From: Azolla caroliniana
Lineage: Eukaryota > Plantae > Polypodiophyta
Length of the DNA stretch: 61,924 nucleotides
Direction: 5' to 3'
Assembly (NCBI GenBank): GCA_043228905.1
Contig: JBHGNT010000169.1
Coordinates: 1 to 61,924 of the forward strand
This document shows, piece by piece, positions 1 to 9,906 of the stretch. A model generated the notes under the pieces. That model searched no databases and was not told the origin of the DNA. It worked only from the letters and a program-made list of their open reading frames with translations. Numbering within the stretch: the stretch's first letter is position 1; each line of letters begins with the position of its first letter. The position numbers and the translations under genes were made by a program.

Positions 1-53
1 TCTCTAACTCCTACCTCTCTCTCTTTTCCTTTAGCTTTCTTATTTTTTATCCT

Positions 54-90
<37 letters not shown>

Positions 91-470
91 GTTTCTCTTA
101 ATCACAATATACCCTTTCATTTTCATATTCCCTTTTTAGTCTTCTTACCCTCATTGCTCTCTCACCTTTTTTTTTGCTTACCTTACCCCTCCTCTTTCCT
201 TTTTTCTAAAACCTTAGCCTCCTCTTTGTAAGTCCCTTCGTTTTCTTTTTTACTCTTTCTCCACCTTTCTATTTTTTATATTTTCTAACCCTCACCCATG
301 TTCTACTTTTCTTTACCCTACCCCTCCCATCCTCTTCCTAAATCTATAGCCTTCACCTTTATTTTCCCACACATGTCTCTCTCCCTTACCTCTCTCCTCT
401 TTCCTTTCTCTCTCTTACTTTTTCTAGTTTACACACACATCTCTCTCCTCTCTCTCCCCTTTTGCTCTAT

Positions 471-537
471 ATTACTTTTTAAGTTTCTTAATATGAATTA
501 GTCTTTAGTCTATTTCTCTCTCTCTAAACTTTGTACA

Positions 538-577
<40 letters not shown>

Positions 578-669
578 ATTCTCACTCTTAATCTCACATT
601 CACCCACCAATTGTATACCATTCGCACTCCTTGTATTGACCTCACGGTCTAGAACTCACATTCTTTGTG

Positions 670-709
<40 letters not shown>

Positions 710-793
710 ATTCTCACTCTAATCTCACATTCACCCACCGATTGTATACCGTTCGCACTCCTTGTATTGACCTCACGGTCTAGAACTCAAAAT
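471..793 (+). repeat. Direct repeat block A (second copy 2343-2675), each with two ~130-bp (CT)n-headed units
   Basis: attactttttaagtttcttaatatgaattag...gacctcacggtctagaactca occurs at both positions. Confidence 0.9.
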
Positions 794-949
794 TAGTGTG
801 TGCATTTGTATTCAACATATGTTCTACCCTTCCGTTGTAACAATATACCTTGCATCACTCTCCCTCCCACTCACTTTCTCTTGCATGATATCCTTCCCCC
901 ATAGTCTCTCTCTATATTAACTTTACCCCTCTTTTATCTTTACCTAATT

Positions 950-1400
950 CTCAACATACCCTTACCTATTTTCAACTCTATCCCCTTCCCTAACTTTTCG
1001 ATATTTCCACTATACCCTCCCCTTACTTTTCCTTATCTTTAACTCTACCCCTCCCCTAACTTTTTTCCATATTTTCACTATACCCTCCTCCTTACTTTCC
1101 CCTTATCTTTAACTCTACCCCTTCCCAAACCTTTCCATATAATTTTTCACTATATCCTCCCCTTATTTTTCCTTATCTTTAACTCTACCCCTTCCCAAAC
1201 TTTTCAATATTTTCACTATACCCTCCCTCCCCCTTACTTTTCCTATCTTTAACTCTACCCCTTCCCTAACTTTTCCATATTTTCACTATACCCTCCCCCT
1301 TACTTTTCCTTATCTTTAACTCTACCCCTTCCCTAACTTTTCAATATTTTCACTATACCCTCCCCTTTACTTTTCCTTATCTTTACTCTCTACCCCTCAC
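950..1400 (+). repeat. C-rich ~68-bp minisatellite (~6 units) in a G-poor tract
   Basis: actata(c/t)cctcc recurs at about 1009, 1077, 1149, 1215, 1285 and 1352; units contain ctacccc and ccctaac. Confidence 0.8.
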
Positions 1401-2171
1401 ATTTAACTTTTAGCATCCTCCCCTAATTCAGTTTCTCCTATTTTCCAATTCTACGCCCTCACCTCTTAATTTTTAGCCTCTTCCCCTCATTCTCCTTTTT
1501 CCTATTTTCTAATCCTACCCCTCCCCTCACCTTTTATTGTTTCCAAATTTTATTTTATTTTATTTTTTCTAACCATCACCTCCCCCTTATTTTTCCTAAT
1601 TTGATCTTCTACCCCCTCCCTTTACTTTTTCATTGCCACTCTAACTTTACCCCTACCTTCCCTAACTCACGCCAAGTATATGAAACGATTTGGGTGCGCT
1701 TGAATCATTCTTGGTGATCTTTTCACTTCATTCCCACTTTGTCAATTTACTCTACCCCTGTCTCGTTCACTAATTTCAATCTACCCCTTTCCCCCTTCCT
1801 TTTTTCCAGAATTACATTCATACCCCTCCCCTCTTTAGTAAATTTCTCGTACCCCTCCCCCTTTCATTTTTCTTAATCTCACTCTACCCTTTCCTCCTCC
1901 ACTTTAATTTCCAATATACCCTCCAATTCTTCCTACCCCCCTCCTTTTTTCAAAGATCTCCATACATTCTAACGTACTTCACCATCCCTAACTCCCACCT
2001 CACACACTTCTCTCTTACCCTTCCTCTCTCTTTCTCTCTCACACTCCCCTACATGTTTTTCAAATAACCCCAAAAAATCTTCTATCCCACACCAAATATA
2101 TCAAACCCCATATCTCCTACATCATCAAATTTGAACACACACACACACACACACACAACACACACACACAA

Positions 2172-2217
<46 letters not shown>

Positions 2218-2252
2218 GCACACACACACACACACACACATCCTTATCTTCC

Positions 2253-2261
2253 CTATATAAA
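2253..2261 (+). promoter_or_regulatory. Putative TATA box upstream of the hammerhead
   Basis: CTATATAAA about 14 nt before stem I and about 30 nt before the catalytic core, preceded by (CA)n(CT)n(CA)n; mirrored at ~2856-2864 on the minus strand. Confidence 0.5.
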
Positions 2262-2274
2262 CCCCTCCAATTCT

Positions 2275-2336
2275 AAATGGTCTTGTGCACTGATGAGCTC
2301 CGTAGGAGCGAAACTAGTTTGCCACATCGACCATTT
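2275..2336 (+). ncRNA. Minimal type I hammerhead ribozyme (dimer-type, palindromic stem III)
   Basis: Core CTGATGA 2290-2296; stem II GCTCC-gta-GGAGC 2297-2309; GAAA 2310-2313; stem III C-ta-G within palindrome AAACTAGTTT 2311-2320; cleavage triplet GTT 2317-2319; stem I TGTGCA 2284-2289 with TGC(C)ACA 2320-2326, extended by AAATGGTC 2275-2282 with GACCATTT 2329-2336. Confidence 0.85.
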
Positions 2337-2409
2337 CTTTGTATTACTTTTTAAGTTTCTTAATATGAATTAGTCTTTAGTCTATTTCTCTCTCTCTAAA
2401 CTTTGTACA

Positions 2410-2453
<44 letters not shown>

Positions 2454-2546
2454 ATTCTCACTCTTAATCTCACATTCACCCACCAATTGTATACCGTTCG
2501 CACTCCTTGTATTGACCTCACGGTCTAGAACTCACAATTCTTTGTG

Positions 2547-2588
<42 letters not shown>

Positions 2589-2780
2589 ATTCTCACTCTT
2601 AATCTCACATTCACCCACCGATTGTATACCGTTCGCACTCCTTGTATTGACCTCACGGTCTAGAACTCACAATTCGTAGTAATTTCTATGGAGGAGAGAG
2701 AGAGATATGTACAAAGTTTAGAGAGAGAGAAATAGACTAAAGACTAATTCATATTAAGAAACTTAAAAAGTAATACGAAG

Positions 2781-2842
2781 AAATGGTCGATGTGGCAAAC
2801 TAGTTTCGCTCCTACGGAGCTCATCAGTGCACAAGACCATTT
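2781..2842 (-). ncRNA. Second copy of the minimal type I hammerhead ribozyme, inverted
   Basis: Reverse complement of 2275-2336 (aaatggtcgatgtggcaaactagtttcgctcctacggagctcatcagtgcacaagaccattt). Confidence 0.85.
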
Positions 2843-2899
2843 AGAATTGGAGGGGTTTATATAGGGAAGATAAGGATGTGTGTGTGTGTGTGTGTGTGC

Positions 2900-2994
<95 letters not shown>

Positions 2995-3267
2995 CAAATT
3001 TGATGATGTAGGAGATATGGGGTTTGATATATTTGGTGTGGGATAGAAGATTTTTTGGGGTTATTTGAAAAACATGTAGGGGAGTGTGAGAGAGAAAGAG
3101 AGAGGAAGGGTAAGAGAGAAGTGTGTGAGGTGGGAGTTAGGGATGGTGAAGTACGTTAGAATGTATGGAGATCTTTGAAAAAAGGAGGGGGGTAGGAAGA
3201 ATTGGAGGGTATATTGGAAATTAAAGTGGAGGAGGAAAGGGTAGAGTGAGATTAAGAAAAATGAAAG

Positions 3268-4934
3268 TGGACTTTGAGGCTTTATCTCGGTCGTTCGACT
3301 TGAGGATGAACATTTGGATTTCTCGTCAACCGTGAGCTATGAGTCAATTGTCTTTTTCAATGAAACACCCTTCATTGTTGAACTGAAATTGCATGCTTTA
3401 TTAGATACTATCTAACCAACCGAGACCAGATTTTTTTGTGATGGTTGGGACATGCAAGACGTTCTTGAGTTAGAATTGTTTGTCGTTGTTCCTAAATGAG
3501 ACATTTCTGATATGCCGAATTGGGTGAGTTGTGTCATCTCCAGTTTCGACATAGCTGGGTCGATCGAGCTTTCTCAACTCTCGAAACCAATTTTCATGAG
3601 ACGTCATGTGAGTGGACGCCTAGAGTCTGCAAACCATACATTTTTTGAAGACGATGTGCTAGTCAAACCCTATGCCGACATCGAATGTGCTTTATGTCTC
3701 ATTATGAACATTCCGCCATGATCATCATAATCAGAATTCGTGGGTAAGTTCATGAGTTATCGGTTGGTCGAAGCTCACTCTCATTTCTTCTTTTGACACT
3801 CTTCTTCAAACTGGCTGAGTTTTCCACAGTACCCACATTTAATTAGGCTATTTTGGTGACATGGTCCGGCAGGATGGCTCCCCGTTCTACCGAACTCCCT
3901 TTGTGTGTCGACCTCGTCCGAATCGACCTTTGTTTCCTCGGCCGAATCCTCTTCCCTCGTCTGACTAAGAGTAGAGCATCTAGCCATCTGGATTGCTCCC
4001 TTGATCCAACATGATTTTCCTCGACCAACAATATCGACTGTAGGTCAAAAAACGAGGGAGGATTCTCCCTTGCAAGGATGGCCAATTTGATCGTGCCGAA
4101 TCGTGGTGCTAAGACGTCGAGGCATATTTGCACCATTTCATCATCGTCAATGATGACATTGATCGATTTGAGGGCGTTGCACAGCTCCTTGATCCTCAAG
4201 GTATAGTTGGTGATCGACATATCCCTTTGTGGAATATTGTTCAGCTCCTAAAGGAGTTGAAGCTTGCATCCAACCGTGTTGGCCACAGAAATCTTCTTGA
4301 GGTTGCTCCAAGCTTCTTTTGGTGTTTTGGCCTCTCGAATATAGCTGAGCATGTGATCATGAATGCATGATGCAAGGCAATACAACACATGGCTTGCCAC
4401 TTGCTCCCATGCTGGGTAGTCGGTGTGTGTTGGTTTGGGTTGCGTTTCTTGAGCTCCCTCGATATAGCTCCAATATCCTTGACTGACAAGGTATTGATGC
4501 ATCTTGTATTCCGAAGATGCGAAGTTTGTCCTGCCAAGCTTCTTTGTATGAAGGGCACTTCACATCTTAGTGTTCATGATGGTGTTTTTCTTCTCTAGTA
4601 CTGAACCAATTTTTTTTTGACCGTAGGCGAGAGACACAACACAGTGGAACAAGCTTGATAAAAACACACACACTTTGATACCATGTAAATAAATGAGAGG
4701 CGTAGGTGATGTTGTGCAAACGTAAGACAAGCAAGAGAGAGAGAGAGAAAGATCTTAGAACAAGTAGCTATATTAGCAAACAATACAATTACATCCAATA
4801 GTAACTAAGTTACAAAAGGTTGGTTTAAATAACAACTAACCTAGGGCAACTGCCCTTTCTGCTATTTACAAAACTAACCTAGTGTGTCCATTGCTAGTGT
4901 GAAAGTCGTTTCATTGGAAAGTTGGGTTTCAACA
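3268..4934 (-). mobile_element. Truncated, degenerate Ty1/copia element (family C): 5' LTR ~4684-4934, PBS, gag, zinc knuckle, protease
   Basis: PBS-like tggtatcaaag (reverse complement at 4673-4683); ORF fragments MHQYLVSQGYWSYI and CGYCGKLSQFEEEC homologous to the gag region at ~56830-57813; ends abruptly at the inverted-repeat arm (3267/3268). Confidence 0.85.
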
Positions 4935-5237
4935 GTTTAACATTCAATAGTTAGATGGTTCTATAGAAGATGTTACAATCATGGAGTAAGAAGATGCACA
5001 ACTTAAAACAAAGTCATTGACTTTTTAGACAAGAATGCAATGTTTTAGAGAGGGGAGTACGTTACAAGCACAACCATAATCATAATTCTCTAACCTGAGG
5101 GTTAGGTTTAAGAGTTATGCTCAATCCTACGTTGAGAGATACTGAAAAAGAATGGCATGTAGAAGCAATATAGGAAACCGAACAACAGAAAACGCAGGTT
5201 TAATGGAAAACTTAGGTTTGCACTGACAGGAACTACA

Positions 5238-6428
5238 TGCTCCGATGAACAACGCTCGGCCACAACCGAGCTTAGAATCAAAACACAGAAAAACGGGGAA
5301 TGAATGCACGACACAATGGAGAGAAGAGAACACAGGATGTTAACATGGAAAACCCAAACTAGGGGAAAAACCACGGCAGCCCACAGACTGCAAACTATCA
5401 CTATGTCAGAATGTACAAATGGTAAAGCACCGAAGCAACGACCTCGAGCTTTCTATCTTCGCCACAGGCGGCGGTTACAGCAGAGGCAACAACCTCTTCG
5501 TCTCTCTCTCTCTCTGTGTACACTATTACGCGCTCTCTAGTCTGGCACCAACAAGAATGACAACAACCCTCACTCACAGTATACTAAGTTTGCCCTAAGT
5601 CATATTTATACTAATATGACTTTTCGGCTATTTACAAATATAGCCCCGATCGCCTCTCAGGAAACATATTTAAGAATATGTCCCTTCATCCGGTGAGCAC
5701 TTCTCACCGGGTCTTCACCATCCGGCTCTTGCCGGGTACTCCTCATCCGGTTCTCACCGGGCCTTCCGTAGCTGGGTACTCCTCATTCGGATTCGGCCTC
5801 GGCCGAGTTTGCTCATCAACGCTGTTCTTCTCACTTCCCATTCGGAGGGACTTGTTTCCTGACAAACTCCCCCTTCACTCCGGCATGGGATGTCTTACTA
5901 GTCCGATCCGCCTCCGACATGCATCCAGCTTATCAAGTATCAGTACTTTGGTCAACATATCTGACCCGTTCTCGGCCGTGTGGATCTTCGTCAACGCGAA
6001 CTCTCGATCTTCTACTCGCTCCCGGATCCAGTGATACCTACGCTGGATGTGCTTCGTCCTGGAGTGGTGCGCTGCGTTCTTAGCAAGGTGGATGGCACTT
6101 TGACTGTCGCAATAGAGCTGATATTCATCTTGCCGGATACCGAGCTCTTCGATGAAGTCCTTCATCCATAATATTTCCTTGTCGGCTTCCACCGCCGCCA
6201 TGTACTCCGCTTCCGTGGTTGACAACGCAACCGTCTTCTGCAGCCTCGACTGCCATGAAATAGCTCCCCTTGCATATGTCATTACATACCCGGATGTAGA
6301 CTGACCGGTATCCACATCAGCCGACATGTCCGAATCGATAAAACCGTCAAGTTGAGGTTTACTGGAGCCGAATCGGAGACACATGTTCGAAGTGCCCTTC
6401 AAGTACCGGAGTATCCATTTCACCGCGT
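5238..6428 (-). mobile_element. Ty1/copia family A fragment: 3' LTR (~5238-5864), PPT, RNase H
   Basis: ORF 5875-6423 is copia RNase H (ISWQSRLQKTVALSTTEAEY, RTKHI); PPT aactccccct next to the LTR; LTR resembles 9143-9896. The LTR start is approximate. Confidence 0.85.
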
Positions 6429-7786
6429 TGTCGCGTTGTTACGCGCGTGCGTGTAGAAAGGTGAGACCACGGGGGTCTTGGACTAGGGAGTGACGGAGCG
6501 TAGGAAGCCGCGCTTCACCTTTTCCGGGGCACCCCAGGAGCACACCGGAAGCAACCGACAGGAGAGAGAGAGAGTGAGCAAGCATGCAACATTGACTCTC
6601 GCACGAACATGTACATAAGCTAGAAAGAAACACTAAGACACACACACGCACACCAACAGAGACCCGAATATGCATAACCACATGTATATGTATTTACAAG
6701 ATAACGAGATTCAACACCGACTTCAAGCCGGACCTAGGCCGCATGAGATACAACCGTTGTCTATTGCCAAGCCGCCGGTTGGGGAGCTCTCGGGCTTGTC
6801 GCGCCGAGCGGGGTCTTGCACAGAGTACAAGGCAGAAAACTGGAACGCGAGATGCCAAGGCTCGATGCACAGAAGGACGAAGAAGAAGAAGAAGAAACCC
6901 TAAACAAGAGAGAGAGAGAGAAAGAGAGAACGTCTCTCCGTCTAACGGTATACCCTATTAAATACAAAATGGGCAACCCTTCTACAAGGGACCATCCCTT
7001 CCTTTTATAGAACAAGGAGAGGGATGCGTTACAATGTGGGATAAATCCCGATTTACATGGGATTCTCTGTCCTGACTTGACTACTCTTCGGCGCCATAAA
7101 GGCACCCTCGTTATTCACACTAAATGTACAAGGGTGAGCGCACATGCTGCACCCCGCCGATATAGCCAATATTTCCCGGTTTCCGCCTCTGGCCGAAATT
7201 CTTCACGACATCCGCCCCCACCAAACCGCACGTCCACCGGTATGTGCCAAATCCAGTGAAGGGTGAGAGATTTCGACCGGTGAGAAACCGGTCCTCCGTA
7301 ATCCGCATCCCGGCTCGCTACCAATTTGAATCGTCGGCTTCGGTTCTTCCTTCGTGCTTACCTCCCCGTAGGCTCGTTCGACCCGTTGATGGATCCTTCG
7401 CCGAGATCTCCGTAGTATGCGTACTTCTGCTGGCCCTTGTTCGGTCGTATGCACACTCCGGTCTCCATCGTATGCCCAATGTCCTCCGCTTGAGGAATGC
7501 CCATAGTGGCCCGCTTAGTCTCCGTCGACCATTCACGTGGTCCCGATTGCCGTCCCATGTTGCTTCGCGTTGCCTTCGTCCTCTTGCTGCCACCTTCCTT
7601 CTCCACGGTCTTACGTCGCCGCGTCAGCTTGAACCGCCATGGTCTCCGGAACGGTGTGGATGATCCTTCTCTGGCCTTCTATGCGCTACCTCCGAACTGT
7701 GCAACCCATCTTCGTGCTTGCCTTTCTGCTCTGGCACCTCCGTGTGCCGCATACCCTCGTCCGTTGTTTGGCACTGCATGTGCCGT
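6429..7786 (-). mobile_element. Ty3/gypsy fragment: 3' LTR 6429-7210, PPT and 3' internal region
   Basis: Termini TGTCGCGTTG...TCTTCACGACA are reverse complements of the LTR ends at 19380-20034; PPT context ttggcacataccggtgga...gtgggggcgga matches 19340-19379. Confidence 0.8.
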
Positions 7787-9621
7787 TGTCGTGAGGAAAA
7801 CCGTCCCCAGGCGCAAACCGTGTATAGCGCGTGTGAACTGGCCCTTACACGTGGGCACACCCCTTGTTGTATAGTAGATAGGTAGGCAGAAAGGTCGAAT
7901 CCTAGGCATCCATCTCGCCGACCTGATCGGTTGTAACCGTTCGAGTCGTCTGCATACATATATTTATATACATACACTAGTGTTCTTATACTCTATTTCC
8001 TGCTCAACTCGTGTCTCCTGTGTTGTTGGGCCGCGTCCCCGTGTGCTTCTTTGTCTATACGTGTGTGAGTGTCTCTCTCTCTCTCCCCCTTTTCTCACCT
8101 ATTCCTCGGTCCAAGACCCCAGTATTCCCGCCTTGTTCTCCACACATGCGCATAACAACGCGACATCTTTGGTGAACCCGATGTGAAAGGCGGCAGAGGA
8201 GTAGAAGATGAGGGGGTCGAACCTCACAGAAGCCATGGCTTCGGCTGTGGACCATATAGTGAGTGTGCACGAAGGCACCGGCGCCCTTGATAGGGCTATC
8301 GAGGCGGTTGTCGGTACGATCGGCCGGTTTAGTTTGAAGGATGCCACGAGCTACTTGGCGTCCTACCGGGCTGAGATGGTAATGAGGGACATTCCGGAAG
8401 AGAGGCATCTAGCCGGATTCCCTCGAGTGGCGATGCCGGGCATCCATACGGAGGTACTCGAAGTACTGGCCGAGAGCTGGACCTGGGAGGAGTTCGAAGA
8501 TCGGCTCCTCGAAAAATACGGGCTTAAAGATGCGCTTCGACTTTCGAAGCGGGACTTCATGGAGTGGGTGGAGACCCCCGACAAAGGAAGGAACACGTCG
8601 GTGCTCCTCCAGGAGTTTGAGGAACGCTTCGCGCGCCTCTCAATGCTTGACTGGACCATTCTGGACACAAGTCGTGTCCTATTGTTTGTTAAGTCAGTTG
8701 ACGAGCGGGATCGGGAGCAAGTAGGCCTCCTATTGGAGACCGATGACGGGCTAACGGCCGACTGGGCCGTGGTGAAGAGGGTCTGTGGCCGTTTCGACAA
8801 ACGGCAGGAATGGGTTGACAAAGGATCGACAGGGGCGGGCTCTGTCGCAGCAAGGAAGCTGGAGCCAACACCACCAACGCGAAGGGAAAAGACCTGAGAT
8901 TGGCTCGAGACCGGATCGGCTTTGACCAGCATGATCAAGGGCTCGTCCGGGGGAGCAGCTCTAGAGGAACTGACGCGGATGGTAAAGGATCTCCAGATCG
9001 CCCAGGGACGAAGGGATGGTGGCGAACAGGCCTGTGACCGACGACCTCTGGCTGGAAACAGGTGCATGTGGTGTGACGCGGTTGGCCACATCCGGAAGGA
9101 CTGTGGGGACTTCGCCAAGGCGATGAGGAGCAACGTCGTGTATGTCGAAATTCCGTGCTCGGCCACAACCTAGGAACTGGATCGATTCACAGAAAACGGG
9201 AAATACAACAATGCACGAAAACAATAGAGAGAAGGGTACACTGGATGTTTTACGTGGAAAACCCTAAATGGGAAAAACCACGGGAGTGCAAGACTCCAAC
9301 TATCACTATACGCGGGAATGTACAATGGCGAGCTGCAAGGCGACGACCTTGAGCTCACTGTCCTCGCCACAGGCGGCGGTATTACACAGAGGCGTCGACC
9401 TCTTCCTTCCTCTTTCTCTCTCACTCTCTCTCGGCTGCTCTCACTTCGCTCCCTCTTAGTGGAAAACAGAAAAAAATGAGCAACAACATAAACTGTTTGC
9501 CCTAAGTCATATTTATACACATATGACTTTCGGGCTATTTACAAATATAGCCTCAAGGGCTCTTGGCAAACATATTCACAAATATGTCCCCGCATCCGGA
9601 TCTCCCTCCGGGTACATTCGT

Positions 9622-9832
9622 CATCCGGCTCCGTAACCGGGGTCTTCAGCATCCGGCTCCGTAGCCGGGGTATTCATCATCCGGCTCCGTAGCCGGGGTC
9701 TTCATCATCCGGCACCGAAGCCGGGGTATTCATCATCCGGCTCCGTAGCCGGGGTCTTCATCATCCGGCACCGTAGCCGGGGTCTTCATCATCCGGCTCC
9801 GTAGCCGGGGTCTTCATCATCCGGCACCGTAA
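9622..9832. repeat. 28-bp tandem array (~7.5 units) in LTR U3; second copy 14491-14701
   Basis: catccggc(t/a)ccgtagccggggt(c/a)ttcat with period 28, upstream of the minus-strand TATA (14379-14386 in the 5' LTR). Confidence 0.9.
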
Positions 9833-9906
9833 CCGCAACCGGGCTTGCCGTCATTCATCTCCGGACATCCCATCCGGAGGGACCGAAATCCCAACAAACT
9901 CCCCCT

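Larger units (their letters stand above)
1861..3267. repeat. Near-perfect inverted repeat, arms ~1861-2422 and ~2694-3267
   Basis: 3238-3267 is the reverse complement of 1861-1890 and the match runs inward. Differences seen are microsatellite changes and one substitution (ctttgtattac vs cttcgtattac). Confidence 0.93.

Noticed and set aside
298-2373. Short ORFs 298-501 and 2131-2373 ending in LLFKFLNMN
   Set aside because: Low-complexity microsatellite translations; the shared ending just reflects repeat block A.
8363-9166. Long antisense ORFs over gag and pol regions, e.g. 267 aa
   Set aside because: Shadow frames of GC-rich retroelement coding sequence with no recognisable motifs.
9622-9832. 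28-bp repeats resembling a CRISPR array
   Set aside because: Head-to-tail units with no unique spacers, inside a eukaryotic LTR.
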